Numbered from the stretch's first letter, positions 1-9,491 are shown. The stretch: 64,000 nucleotides of DNA from Candidatus Bathyarchaeia archaeon (GCA_038882715.1 JAVZNR010000009.1:785-64784), one strand, 5' to 3'. A program made the numbers and translations. Notes: generated from the sequence alone by a model not told the origin.

Positions 1-474
1 CTCCCAAACCCTGTCGCTACTCAATGTCCATGGAGTCCTTATCCCAATAAACCAGTTCCTCCTAGAGTTCTCGCATAGAATCCCAATATAAAAGAATAGT
101 AGCCCAACACCTATTGGAACAGTAGTAGCCGGGCTCACCCTCACCCCAATGTTCCAGAGGATCACCTGCAAATGTATGGAGAAGAGGAATAAAGAGAAGA
201 GTATGATGAACCCATCATAATATTTTCTAAACGCCATAATATTCTCCCTCAGTGGGTCTATTCTTGGAACAGCAATAAGAAGAAGGGCAACGCCAGCAAA
301 GATAATGGGGAGGAGGAATAAACCCCAGAGCTTTGGGAGGTATCCGTCAACTTCACCCCTAACGTTCCAGTGGCTGGCAACCTTCTCCGGCATCAAGGGA
401 TACAGGCAAACACTAACACAAAGAGACAATGCAGCCAATACGAGGACAAACACTTCGCTTTTATTAATCCTCAT
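1..474 (-). CDS. DUF1648/SdpI-like integral membrane protein, partial (C-terminus lies beyond window start)
   Basis: Absent from the ORF track because it runs off the window. Minus-strand translation from the ATG at 474 gives MRINKSEVFVLVLAALSL...PEKVASHWNVRGEVDGYLPKLWGLFLLP... (HWN-x-G-x-D motif plus several hydrophobic helices), and the frame stays open to position 1. Confidence 0.55.
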   Translation of the reverse strand, partial: MRINKSEVFVLVLAALSLCVSVCLYPLMPEKVASHWNVRGEVDGYLPKLWGLFLLPIIFAGVALLLIAVPRIDPLRENIMAFRKYYDGFIILFSLFLFSIHLQVILWNIGVRVSPATTVPIGVGLLFFYIGILCENSRRNWFIGIRTPWTLSSDRVWE

Positions 475-621
475 AGGCAGCCCCAAAGTACTTATATAAA
501 CCTAGAGAAAGGCAGCTGATAATTAAGTATTTCTTCAAAGAATGGGCAGAAACATAAGTGCTTGAATAAGGGTGAGCCTTAACCCTCTGCCATTTGTAAT
601 TTGAAGAGCAACCATGTATCA

Positions 622-1155
622 TTAAAGGTTAGGTTTCTTTCCAAATTCCTCGAAGCTCACTATCTCCTCTAGGTTCTTACGCTTTCTAATTAAATGGAGT
701 ATTCTGCCCTGAATATCTATCTTCTTACGTGGGTATCCTAGGGCAAGTAGGGCTACTACACGATAATCGTCCGGTATCTTAAGCATTTCTTTAACCTCCT
801 CCTCATTGAAGCTGCCGACCCAGCATGTCCCAAGCCCCTCAGCCGTCGCAGTCAAAACCATGTTCTGCATAGCTATCGCAACATCAACCATAAACCATCT
901 TGGAGAAGCCCTCTGGTTCCCGCAGCCGACGATGACGACCGGAGCTTCCTTTAGAAAGCCGGCGAAGGGCGCTCTGGCAAGCTTCTCCCTCTTCCCGACA
1001 TCAGTCACGACTATAAAGTGCCAGGGCTGAATATTCCCTGCAGAAGGCGCAAGCCTAGCCGCCTCCAAAATCTTCCCCAAAATTTCCCTAGGAACAGGCG
1101 TTGGCTCATAAGCCCTAACAGAACGCCTCTTCTGGATAGCCTCAAAAACATCCAT
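622..1155 (-). CDS. nitroreductase family (FMN-dependent) oxidoreductase
   Basis: Family signatures RRSVRAY, LEAARLAPSAGNIQPWHFIVV and GLGTCWVG; 177 aa is a typical size. Confidence 0.85.
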   Translation of the reverse strand: MDVFEAIQKRRSVRAYEPTPVPREILGKILEAARLAPSAGNIQPWHFIVVTDVGKREKLARAPFAGFLKEAPVVIVGCGNQRASPRWFMVDVAIAMQNMVLTATAEGLGTCWVGSFNEEEVKEMLKIPDDYRVVALLALGYPRKKIDIQGRILHLIRKRKNLEEIVSFEEFGKKPNL

Positions 1156-1315
1156 GTATCACACCAGATTAGATAATCGTAAATTACAATTAATTCTTAT
1201 TAAAGCACACAGATAAATTATAAAATTGACAGATGAGGAGACTTTGACAGTCTTCAAAACCTGGTAGGAAGATGTTTTGATATAGTTAGAGGCTTATCTC
1301 GGAAAATCTGCATTT

Positions 1316-1767
1316 TTATGATTTGTTTTTAGGAGTATATGGTTTGAATTTCATTTCGGAGAGTATGTTTGATGGGTCTAGCTCTGCTTTCTTGACGTTG
1401 AAGCTTCTGCCATATGTCTTTGCCTTAGTTACTGGTAGTAGGAAGACTTTTATCTCCCCATTCTCGGGGTGATCCTTACATAGGCGAAGTATGGTTCAGC
1501 ATTCCACCTCTCAGCAGCCCCCTCTATCTTGCTCCAGTCAGCATTCACATTATCCAAGACCCTCTCTTTTATTCGTTCACGGGTCCTAACGCTTATCGCT
1601 ATATTTCTATCCTTTGGGAAGAGCGCCCCATCCTTGTCTACACAAAGGAGATCTACCCCCTCAGTTTTAACTAAGCTTAGGTTAACACCAAACCTCGACC
1701 TAAGAAACCACGCGAGCAGATACTCACCAAAATCCCCCAAAAGCTTAGTCCTAGTCTGCTCGCTCAT
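1316..1767 (-). pseudogene. PD-(D/E)XK (Hjc/YraN-like) nuclease-fold protein with an interrupted reading frame
   Basis: The track ORF 1450..1767 (GDFGEYLLAWFL...GVDLLCVD...ISVRTRE) ends at a TAA. A shifted frame continues open for 46 more codons (PENGEIKVFLLPVTKAKTYGRSFNVKK...) to a stop at 1316. Adding 1 nt in either 4-nt homopolymer (1456-1459 or 1466-1469) fuses the two frames. Confidence 0.45.
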
Positions 1768-1790
1768 GGGCTGGTCTCTCTAAAAGGCTT

Positions 1791-2125
1791 TTAGGCCTTT
1801 GCCTCCATATAGGATACGATCCTCCTAAATTCCTCCGGTAGCGTTGAGACCTCCTTCTCCATAATCTTTAGGTTCCTTGTGTTTGAGACAACTATCAGCT
1901 TCTGTACCGTGGGGTTGTTCTTAGCCTTCATTAGGTTTAGTATCGCTGAGTCTATTGAACCAGCCCTACGAACCTCGAAGACGTAATTTACTACACCGAG
2001 GTTTCCAATCCTAGCCCCCAAACAACATCAACCCTAGCACCGCTGGCTATGGAGACTTCGCTCTCAGCCTCAAACCCGAGCCCCGCACCCAAGGCAACAA
2101 GCTTCTCAACAATCTCATCCTTCAC
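1791..2125 (-). pseudogene. second small PD-(D/E)XK-like nuclease-fold protein with an interrupted reading frame
   Basis: The upstream frame (GTG at 2125) reads VKDEIVEKLVALGAGLGFEAESEVSIASGARVDVVW. The track ORF 1791..2021 continues GARIGNLGVVNYVFEVRR.... One extra C in the C5 run at 2015-2019 joins them, giving E...D(VVW)...(F)EV(R) spacing typical of restriction-endonuclease-like folds. Confidence 0.4.
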
Positions 2126-2149
2126 GCTAAACTCATATTCGCTGGACTT

Positions 2150-2155
2150 AAAAAA
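2150..2155 (-). terminator. oligo-T (T6) tract downstream of tRNA-Phe
   Basis: The minus strand reads ...CCCCATCTTTTTTAAG about 30 nt after the tRNA 3' end. Archaeal termination typically occurs at T runs. Confidence 0.4.
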
Positions 2156-2184
2156 GATGGGGAATGGAATTGAACCCGGAGAAC

Positions 2185-2281
2185 TGGTGCCGCGGGCCGG
2201 ACTTGAACCGGCGACAGCCCGGTTTCAGACGGGGTTTGTTTGGTTCTTCAGCCGGGTGCTCTCCCACTGAGCTACCGCGGC
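2185..2281 (-). tRNA. tRNA-Phe: tRNA-Phe (GAA) with an intron of about 22 nt at the canonical 37/38 position and a genomically encoded CCA
   Basis: Minus strand: GCCGCGG-UA-GCUC-AGUGGGA-GAGC-A-CCCGG-CUGAAG[AACCAAACAAACCCCGUCUGAA]A-CCGGG-CUGUC-GCCGG-UUCAAGU-CCGGC-CCGCGGC-A-CCA. All four stems pair perfectly. Confidence 0.9.
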
Positions 2282-2307
2282 TGCCCAATATATTTTTTCT
2301 TACCTTA

Positions 2308-2315
2308 CATATAAA
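2308..2315 (-). promoter_or_regulatory. TATA box (TTTATATG) for tRNA-Phe, preceded by an A-rich BRE-like tract
   Basis: Minus strand AAAAAATTTATATG lies 27-34 nt upstream of tRNA position +1 (2281), which matches archaeal promoter geometry. Confidence 0.6.
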
Positions 2316-2427
2316 TTTTTTAGATTTTAAGCTTGTATGGATCCACCCTTTTATTACTTGTTCTCTCAGAGAAATATTTTTCCGGGGGAGAAGCGTGCAA
2401 ATATATAGAAGAGGCTGGTGTTCATCT

Positions 2428-3792
2428 TTGACTGATATTGGTGGTGCAGATTTTAAGCGGATTCTTGAGGTTTCTCTCAAGATGCTTGAGAAGTATCCAC
2501 TATGTGATTATTGTTTAGGTAGACAATTCGCTTTCTTAGGGTTTGGAGTGGATAATTGTGATAGGGGTAAGTCTATTAAAATGCTGCTTACGATGGGCGC
2601 CCATGAGATGGCTTTGTCGAAGGATATGAAGGAGAGGGAGAGAGGGGTCGCCACACTTAGACTGCTGGCAACTAATGGCTCATTTGAAATGGCGCGAGAA
2701 CTGCTTAGAAAGCAGAGAAGAAGGGCTGGCGAAAAGAAGAAGTGCTTTCTCTGTGACGGATGTTTTGAGAAACTTCAATTTATTGTTGAAAGGGTGATTA
2801 AGGAGCTTGAAGAATATGAATTTGATGATTTTCTAGTGGGAATTAGGCTTCCGTTGGAGGTTGAGGAGCGCGAAGACGAGTTTAAAGCTGAACTTGGAGT
2901 CCAGTATGGTGAGAGCATAAAAAATGAGCTCAGTAGGTTGATTGGAAAGGAGATTTCGCGGAGACTTAACAAGACTGTTAATTATCTTAGACCCCAAATG
3001 GTTGCTATCGTGAACCCGTTTACCGATGAGATTAGGCTTCAGGTTAACTCGCTTTACATATCTGGAAGATACAGGAAGCTTGTACGCGGGATACCTCAGT
3101 CAAAATGGGTTTGCATTAAATGCCGTGGAAAAGGGTGTGAGAGATGCGGCTGGACTGGAAAGATGTACCCTGAATCAGTTGAAGAGTTAATCGCTAAACC
3201 AATACTGGAGATGACGCTTGGCGAAGACACCTCTTTTCACGCCGCTGGGCGAGAGGATAGGGATGCCCGTATGCTTGGACGCGGCAGACCTTTTGTGATC
3301 GAGGTTAAGAAACCTAAGAAGAGAAATATAGATTTGAAGGTTTTGGAGAAGGCCATTAACGATTACGCTAAGGGGAAGGTTAAAGTATTAAACCTTAGAT
3401 TCGCCGATAAAGAGGATGTTAGAGAGCTTAAAGGCTTGGAGGAAACACAAAAAATTTATAAGGTTATCGTGAAGTTTGATAGGGAAGTCACGGACGAGGA
3501 ATTAGCGAAGTTGGAGAAGGAACTTACAAACGCGACCATAAGCCAGCGTACTCCGACACGCGTGTTGCGCAGTAGATCAGACAGATTACGAGAAAAACAC
3601 ATATATGGGATTAAGATTAAAAGGTTATCAAGAGATAGCGTGGAAATGAGACTTAGATGCCAAGGAGGTTTATACGTGAAGGAGCTGGTTACCGGAGACA
3701 ACGGGCGAACGGATCCAAGCGTTTCAAAGATAATTAACGCTAGAGCGGAGCCCGTTGAGCTAGACGTATTAAATGTTTTCATTAAGAGGTGA
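2428..3792 (+). CDS. pus10: tRNA pseudouridine(54/55) synthase Pus10
   Basis: N-terminal Zn ribbon YPLCDYCLGRQF plus CFLCDGC; second Zn motif CIKCRGKGCERCGWTG; catalytic region GREDRDARMLGRGRPFVIEV. The track ORF start (2164) overlaps the tRNA and was rejected. The start is TTG 2428 or ATG 2482. Confidence 0.9.
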   Translation: MTDIGGADFKRILEVSLKMLEKYPLCDYCLGRQFAFLGFGVDNCDRGKSIKMLLTMGAHEMALSKDMKERERGVATLRLLATNGSFEMARELLRKQRRRAGEKKKCFLCDGCFEKLQFIVERVIKELEEYEFDDFLVGIRLPLEVEEREDEFKAELGVQYGESIKNELSRLIGKEISRRLNKTVNYLRPQMVAIVNPFTDEIRLQVNSLYISGRYRKLVRGIPQSKWVCIKCRGKGCERCGWTGKMYPESVEELIAKPILEMTLGEDTSFHAAGREDRDARMLGRGRPFVIEVKKPKKRNIDLKVLEKAINDYAKGKVKVLNLRFADKEDVRELKGLEETQKIYKVIVKFDREVTDEELAKLEKELTNATISQRTPTRVLRSRSDRLREKHIYGIKIKRLSRDSVEMRLRCQGGLYVKELVTGDNGRTDPSVSKIINARAEPVELDVLNVFIKR

Positions 3793-3798
3793 GCATAA

Positions 3799-4089
3799 AT
3801 GCCCTTATCTCACGGCTACCGTAGGAAAACCCGAGCCCTGTTGAGAAAAAGGGTCAGAGAAAGGGGGAAAAGTAGCTTAAGTAGGCTGCTTTATGAATAT
3901 AAGCCCGGTGATAAAGTGGTAATTGATATAGATCCAAGCATACATAAGGGCATGCCGCACCGCAGATATCATGGCAGAGTCGGCGTGATTGTTGCTAAAA
4001 GGGGTAGATCATACGAGGTTAACGTAACGCAAGGGGAAGCCTCAAAACTGATAATCGTGAGACCTGAACACATTAAGCCATTCACGTAA
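3799..4089 (+). CDS. rpl21e: 50S ribosomal protein L21e
   Basis: MPLSHGYRRKTR...YKPGDKVVIDIDPSIHKGMPHRRYHGRVG is the classic L21e sequence, and the 96-aa length fits. Confidence 0.95.
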   Translation: MPLSHGYRRKTRALLRKRVRERGKSSLSRLLYEYKPGDKVVIDIDPSIHKGMPHRRYHGRVGVIVAKRGRSYEVNVTQGEASKLIIVRPEHIKPFT

Positions 4090-4104
4090 GAAGAGGAGGG
4101 AAAA

Positions 4105-4443
4105 ATGCCTAGAAGGATTTTAAAGGTGCGACCGATAACGATACCTGAGGCTAAATTTATACTTGAGTCCTTAGGCGAAGAGAATTTAGATCAATTTCAG
4201 CGTAGATCTCTAGATTACACGGCTAAAATGTCCTATTTGAAGCCGGATGCCGCTAGAAGGCTTTTAGAGGAGTTGATGGCTGAGGGTATTCTAGACGAGG
4301 AGGAAGCTGTTCAAATAGTTAATATAATGCCGAGGAGCATTGAAGAAATAAGAATGTTTCTTAGCGGAGGAAGAAAAATAATTGAGACATCGAGGCTTGA
4401 AAAGATTTTAAGTATCTTAGATAAATATAGGGAGAATCACTAA
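4105..4443 (+). CDS. rpo4: DNA-directed RNA polymerase subunit Rpo4 (RpoF)
   Basis: 112 aa and helical. It aligns by eye with archaeal RpoF (..QRRSLDYTAKMSYL..AARRLLEEL....IVNIMPRSIEEIRMFL) and sits in the conserved L21e-RpoF-DUF655-KsgA gene order. Confidence 0.85.
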   Translation: MPRRILKVRPITIPEAKFILESLGEENLDQFQRRSLDYTAKMSYLKPDAARRLLEELMAEGILDEEEAVQIVNIMPRSIEEIRMFLSGGRKIIETSRLEKILSILDKYRENH

Positions 4444-4670
4444 GAAAACTTATTACATAGTTTTCATCCTAAAATAATTTATAGGTAAAGATTTTAGCGC
4501 TCGGTGATGCAATGTGATAGGTTCAATGGATATAGATTATTTTCTCAGCTCTAGACTTAAAAGCGAATCTCCCTCTAAAGATATTGAAGGAAGATTTCGC
4601 CAAATATAATAGTGTGTAGCATTATATTCACATGTTTGACGGGCGTTTCTTAGAAGGTTAATTTGGGAAA

Positions 4671-5255
4671 GTGGTTATAGTGGAGCGGAGAGAAAGATTT
4701 CATCAGCAGGTTTACGAGGAGTATGCTTACGTAATTGACTATCTTCCATATGGGAGACCCGGGTTAAGATTGAAGCGGAGGGCCGGAGCAGTCGTCCAGC
4801 TTATAGGTGAGGAACATTTCACTTTACTGGAGGCTGTTGTGAGAGAGGGGGTTGTGCTTAAGCCAGCTGAAAGGGTTTTCATAGGGAAAGATCCTCGGGA
4901 AGAAATCTTGTACATTATTGGGAGGATGAGCTATGAGGAGCTAACGGCTAACGCAAAAATGGAACTCGAAAACGTTATTGAAAAGATAGTTTTAAGCAGA
5001 GAGAAATATTTCGTAAACTTTTTTAACACCGCCAAGCCCGTAACTCCAAGAATGCATGCCTTAGAGCTTATTCCAGGCATTGGGAAAAAATATATGTGGA
5101 AGATTTTAGAGGAACGGGAGAAAAAACCTTTTGAAAGCTTTCAAGATCTGCAGAAGCGTACGGGTATACCGAGCCCCGTTAAGTTGATAGCTAAGAGGAT
5201 TATAGAGGAGCTCTCCAGCGACTGCAAATATAGGCTTTTCACCAGACCATCATAA
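4671..5255 (+). CDS. DUF655 family HhH nucleic-acid-binding protein
   Basis: EEYAYVIDYLPYGRP N-terminus and the HhH motif LELIPGIGKKYMWKILEERE; conserved position upstream of ksgA; GTG start. Confidence 0.8.
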   Translation: MVIVERRERFHQQVYEEYAYVIDYLPYGRPGLRLKRRAGAVVQLIGEEHFTLLEAVVREGVVLKPAERVFIGKDPREEILYIIGRMSYEELTANAKMELENVIEKIVLSREKYFVNFFNTAKPVTPRMHALELIPGIGKKYMWKILEEREKKPFESFQDLQKRTGIPSPVKLIAKRIIEELSSDCKYRLFTRPS

Positions 5256-5296
5256 ATGAACCCTCATTATAATTTAATGCTGTTAGGAGCCTCGTT

Positions 5297-6181
5297 GTGA
5301 AGATGAGTTTGTTGGAGGAAACCAAAAGGATCTTGAAAACCTATGGGATACACCCTAAAAGGAGGCTAGGTCAAAACTTTCTTGTTGAAGGTGAGATCTT
5401 AGACAGGATAATATCGTATGCGTCGATATGTAGGGACGACACGATTCTAGAGGTTGGGGCTGGTTTAGGTTTTCTTACAGAGCGATTGGCTAAAGTGTCG
5501 GGGCAGATCATAGCCGTAGAGGTGGATCCGAATTTATTTAGAATTTTAAGTCAGAGACTAGGTGACTACAGAAACGTTAAAGTTTTGAAGGGGGATATAT
5601 TGAAGATACAAGCGCTTGCATTTGATAAAGTTGTTTCGGTTCCACCCTACTCTATATCTTCGCCGCTGCTATTCTGGCTCCTTAAAAGAGATTTTAAGTG
5701 CGCAGTCCTAACTTTCCAAGAAGAGTTTAGTAGGCGTTTAGCGGCTTTGCCCGGCACTAAGGATTATGGAAGGCTCACCGTATCCGTCTATTATCGCGCT
5801 GACGTGGATCTTTTAGACCATATTCCTAAGGAATCATTCTGGCCAACCCCAAAAGTGAATTCCATGATTGTACGCCTGAAACCTAGAAAACCTCCCTTCC
5901 AAGTCGATGGGGAGGAAGAATTTTTCAGTTTTATACGCGTGGTCTTCACCCAGAAAAACAGGAAGCTGAGAAACGCTGTAGCATCTTTCCTTAGTGGTGC
6001 TCATATTTCAAGGGAAAACCTTATTCGCTTGGCTAACACCATGCCTTTCCATAATAGGAGGGTTAGGGAGCTGGCTCCGGAGGAGCTGGCGTTAGCATTT
6101 AATTATTTAAAGAAAGAATTGGAGAACGTAGAATTATCCATGAAACATATCAAGGGAACTAAAGAATCGTTAAACCTTTAG
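5297..6181 (+). CDS. ksgA: 16S/18S rRNA (adenine-N6,N6)-dimethyltransferase KsgA/Dim1
   Basis: RLGQNFLV, SAM site LEVGAGLGFLT, VEVD, and VPPYSISSPLL. Confidence 0.92.
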   Translation: MKMSLLEETKRILKTYGIHPKRRLGQNFLVEGEILDRIISYASICRDDTILEVGAGLGFLTERLAKVSGQIIAVEVDPNLFRILSQRLGDYRNVKVLKGDILKIQALAFDKVVSVPPYSISSPLLFWLLKRDFKCAVLTFQEEFSRRLAALPGTKDYGRLTVSVYYRADVDLLDHIPKESFWPTPKVNSMIVRLKPRKPPFQVDGEEEFFSFIRVVFTQKNRKLRNAVASFLSGAHISRENLIRLANTMPFHNRRVRELAPEELALAFNYLKKELENVELSMKHIKGTKESLNL

Positions 6182-6269
6182 TAAAATAGGGATCGGTTAA
6201 TCTTCTGCTCTTTTCGATTCCCATAACGTATTAAAGCCACTTCAACCATACTATTTTTGGGGCTGCGAA

Positions 6270-8384
6270 ATGCCTATTTCTCTAATTCGCAAAAGGGATG
6301 GCAGAATAGTTGAATTCGATCCAAGCAAGATTACTAAAGCCATCCATAAGGCTATTCAAGCCGTTAAGGGTGAGGACGGGAATTTAGCCGCAAATCTTTC
6401 AGCGCAGGTTGTATCTATACTGGAAGAACGATTCAGGGACAGTATACCAAGCGTCGAAGACGTGCAGGACGTTGTTGAGCAAGTCTTAATAAAGAATGGC
6501 TACGATTCTGTCGCTAAAGCGTACATACTTTATAGGCATCAGCGGGCTGAGCTAAGAGAGAAAAAGAGGCTGCTTGGGGTAACCGATGACCTAAAACTCT
6601 CACTAAACGCGATAGCTGTCTTGGAACGCAGATATCTCCTAAAGGATGAAGCTGGAAGAGTCGTCGAGACGCCCTCACAAATGTTTCGGAGAGTTGCTAG
6701 AGCGATAGCTAGGATTGACGCCCTCTACGATAAGAGCGCGGACATAGAGGGGGTTGAGGAAGAATTCTATAGGATTATGGCTAACCTCGAATGGCTTCCA
6801 AATTCACCGACGCTTATGAACGCTGGCACAGATATAGGTCAGCTCTCAGCCTGCTTCGTTCTACCTATTGGCGACTCCATAGAGGAGATATTCGACGCGC
6901 TAAAATATATGGCGCTGATACATAAGTCCGGTGGGGGGACAGGCTTCTCGTTTTCTAGGCTTAGACCTAAAGGTGACGTTGTCAAATCAACTATGGGTGT
7001 TGCCAGCGGCCCTGTCTCCTTTATGAAGATCTTTGATGTCGCAACCGAAGTAATTAAGCAGGGTGGGAGACGCAGGGGCGCTAATATGGGCATACTTAGG
7101 GTTGACCATCCGGACATAATCGAGTTTATCACAGCTAAAGAGAAGGAGGGCGTATTAACGAATTTCAACATATCTGTCGGCGTAACAGACGAATTTATGG
7201 AGGCTGTTGAAAACGACGGATACTATAGCCTAGTTAACCCTAGAAATGGCGCCGTAGTTAAGCGTTTGAAGGCTAGAGCTATTTTCGATTTAATGGCGAC
7301 AGCAGCTTGGAAGACCGGCGATCCCGGCTTAGTGTTCCTCGACGAGATTAACCGGAGGAATCCGACACCGCATGTCGGTGTTATTGAGAGCACGAATCCA
7401 TGTGGTGAAGTCCCACTTCTACCCTACGAGAGCTGCAATCTAGGATCTGTAAACCTGTCTAGAATGGTTAGGGATGGCGAGGTTGATTGGGATAAGCTTA
7501 GGCGAACCGTTAGGATCGCTGTTCACTTCCTAGATAACGTTATAGACGCTAACAGGTATCCTATACCGCAGATTGAGAAGGCGACCAAAGCGAATAGGAA
7601 GATAGGTTTAGGCGTAATGGGCTTCGCCGAGATGCTCATAAAGATGGGCATACCATATGATTCAGAGGAGGCGGTTGCAACAGCCGAGAAGGTCATGTCA
7701 TTCATCTCTGAGGAGGCTAGGAAAAAGTCCGCTGAACTCGGTGAGGAGAGGGGCGCTTTCCCAAACTTTCCCGGCAGCGTGTGGGAGAAGATGGGCTATA
7801 AGGCTATGAGGAACGCGACCGTAACGTCGATAGCCCCAACCGGGACAATAAGCATAATTGCCGGAACATCCAGCGGGATAGAGCCGCTTTTCGCGGTGGC
7901 GTTCGTCAGAAACGTTATGGGGACACAGCTCTTTGAGGTTAACCCGGTCTTTGAGCAGATAGCGAAAGAGAGAGGCTTCTACAGCACTGATCTGATTTCA
8001 AAGATCGCTAAGACGGGTTCTGTTCAAGGGTTAAATGAGGTTCCGTCAGACGTTAAAAGGCTGTTTGTAACCGCCCTTGAAATAGCGCCTGAATGGCATG
8101 TGCGTATGCAAGCAGCGTTCCAGAAATACACGGACAACGCTGTCTCGAAAACAGTTAATTTACCCCACGAGGCAACCATAGAGGATGTTAAAAGAATCTT
8201 CATGATGGCGTGGAAACTCAAGTGTAAAGGTATAACGGTATATCGATATGGAAGCAGAGCTGAGCAGGTTCTGGTCGTTGGAGGAGTACAAGCGTCAAGT
8301 TCAAGCGCAACTATGGCAGCGCCCTACGTTCAGGCGCCAACTGAGTATGCGGGGGAATGCCCAACAGGTGTCTGCTCGTATTAG
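6270..8384 (+). CDS. nrdJ: adenosylcobalamin-dependent (class II) ribonucleotide reductase with N-terminal ATP-cone
   Basis: ATP-cone [20 protein letters not shown]; active-site [23 protein letters not shown]; monomeric size of 704 aa; C-terminal Cys pair CPTGVCSY. No intein-sized insertion. Confidence 0.9.
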   Translation: MPISLIRKRDGRIVEFDPSKITKAIHKAIQAVKGEDGNLAANLSAQVVSILEERFRDSIPSVEDVQDVVEQVLIKNGYDSVAKAYILYRHQRAELREKKRLLGVTDDLKLSLNAIAVLERRYLLKDEAGRVVETPSQMFRRVARAIARIDALYDKSADIEGVEEEFYRIMANLEWLPNSPTLMNAGTDIGQLSACFVLPIGDSIEEIFDALKYMALIHKSGGGTGFSFSRLRPKGDVVKSTMGVASGPVSFMKIFDVATEVIKQGGRRRGANMGILRVDHPDIIEFITAKEKEGVLTNFNISVGVTDEFMEAVENDGYYSLVNPRNGAVVKRLKARAIFDLMATAAWKTGDPGLVFLDEINRRNPTPHVGVIESTNPCGEVPLLPYESCNLGSVNLSRMVRDGEVDWDKLRRTVRIAVHFLDNVIDANRYPIPQIEKATKANRKIGLGVMGFAEMLIKMGIPYDSEEAVATAEKVMSFISEEARKKSAELGEERGAFPNFPGSVWEKMGYKAMRNATVTSIAPTGTISIIAGTSSGIEPLFAVAFVRNVMGTQLFEVNPVFEQIAKERGFYSTDLISKIAKTGSVQGLNEVPSDVKRLFVTALEIAPEWHVRMQAAFQKYTDNAVSKTVNLPHEATIEDVKRIFMMAWKLKCKGITVYRYGSRAEQVLVVGGVQASSSSATMAAPYVQAPTEYAGECPTGVCSY

Positions 8385-8506
8385 AGGGAAAGATAACTCT
8401 CATGAAGTGGCATGAAGGTTTTAATCGGAGCGGTTATCATTAAGCATTAAAAGTCTAATGGTTTTATCTTCTCTCATGCCTCTTTAATCCCAAATTATTT
8501 CTTCTG

Positions 8507-8520
8507 AAAGGATCCTTTTT
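8507..8520 (+). terminator. 12-bp perfect palindrome (AAAGGATCCTTT) running into a T5 tract between convergent nrdJ and the ABC operon
   Basis: Read directly from the sequence. It lies in the 200-nt convergent gap. Confidence 0.3.
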
Positions 8521-8585
8521 AGAATCTTTTGAAGGTAAGGTTTAAAAGACTTTATGTTTATTCCATGCATTTATCAACGCTTATG

Positions 8586-9485
8586 TCAGGCTTCTGTTCT
8601 CAGCCTAGGGTTAAAAATTTCTTCAAGGGCATGCATGAAGAGTATGAATCCTGCTTGAATGAGAATTATGCATGCTAATGGTGACAACAGATACCACCAG
8701 ACGCGGGGATTAACTAGCGCACCTTGGTTTATGGCTGTCTGTATCATCACGCCCCAGTTGGTTGCGGTGAATGGTAGAGCTCCAATAAAGTATAATCCAA
8801 CTTGCGAATAAATTGCTCCGATGGTAGACAAAATCAAGTTCATGAATATATATGGGAGCAGGTTTGGAAGTATTTCACCGAAAAGTATATGTATTTTGCT
8901 TAAACCCAAACATACAACGCTCTCTATGAACTCCCTCTCCTTAATAGAGAGCACCTGAGATCTTATGGCTCTAGCTAGGGCTGGCCAGCCAACTATGCTC
9001 AGAATAGCAGCTATCTCCACGACGCTAAGGATTTTCTGCAGGCTTGTCACTATTATTATCAGTAGCGGGAAGCTGGGTATTGTGAGAAAGATGTCGGCGA
9101 AGGTCATTAGCACCGCATCGACCTTTCCGCCTATGAAGCCCGACGTTATCCCGATAACAAATGAAACTATTGTTGTGAAAACCGCTGTTAAGAAGGCAAC
9201 TATGAGGACATCCCTTGACCCATGAACTATCTGCGCAAAAGTGTCCCTTCCAGCGTAGTCTGTACCAAGCGGATGCTCCAAGGATGGTGGAAGAAACCTT
9301 TTTTTAATATCGACATCCCTTATATATGGAACTACCTCAGGGCCAACAGCAGCCATTATAATGAAGGCAAAAACTATTAGGAAACCAGCCAGCGAAACCT
9401 TATTTCTTCTAAGCACTTTAAAGAAGAATTTCATGTTCTTAATCGTGGAAGTCAACAATCCTTTAATTCTCGATTTCTTAAACAT
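8586..9485 (-). CDS. Opp/Dpp-type ABC transporter permease (DppC/OppC-like), locus 1
   Basis: PPSLEHPLGTDYAGRD N-terminal periplasmic motif and 6 predicted TM helices. Confidence 0.9.
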   Translation of the reverse strand: MFKKSRIKGLLTSTIKNMKFFFKVLRRNKVSLAGFLIVFAFIIMAAVGPEVVPYIRDVDIKKRFLPPSLEHPLGTDYAGRDTFAQIVHGSRDVLIVAFLTAVFTTIVSFVIGITSGFIGGKVDAVLMTFADIFLTIPSFPLLIIIVTSLQKILSVVEIAAILSIVGWPALARAIRSQVLSIKEREFIESVVCLGLSKIHILFGEILPNLLPYIFMNLILSTIGAIYSQVGLYFIGALPFTATNWGVMIQTAINQGALVNPRVWWYLLSPLACIILIQAGFILFMHALEEIFNPRLRTEA

Positions 9486-9491
9486 TTCTTG

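Noticed and set aside
305-499. Track ORF of 64 aa on the plus strand
   Set aside because: It lies entirely antisense to a much better membrane-protein reading frame (1..474, minus). Its composition is low-complexity and it has no RBS.
2159-2184. T-arm-like string in the tRNA trailer as an integration att-site duplicate
   Set aside because: It matches the real T-arm/acceptor only about 60%, it cannot form a T stem, and I found no matching second copy or integrase in the window. It is kept only as a side remark.
2164-2427. N-terminal 88 codons of the 542-aa track ORF (Pus10 extension)
   Set aside because: This stretch overlaps the tRNA-Phe gene and its promoter on the opposite strand. Its sequence is unlike Pus10, and the Pus10 homology only begins near ILEVSLKMLEKYPLC.
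4503-4552. Possible C/D box sRNA (GGTGATGC ... CTCAGC)
   Set aside because: The C box is imperfect, there is no CUGA D box at the expected spacing on either strand, and there are no C'/D' motifs.
6270-8384. Possible intein or B12 riboswitch associated with the class II RNR
   Set aside because: The protein length (704 aa) and the continuous homology leave no room for an intein. The 88-nt leader shows no B12-box-like or otherwise structured element.
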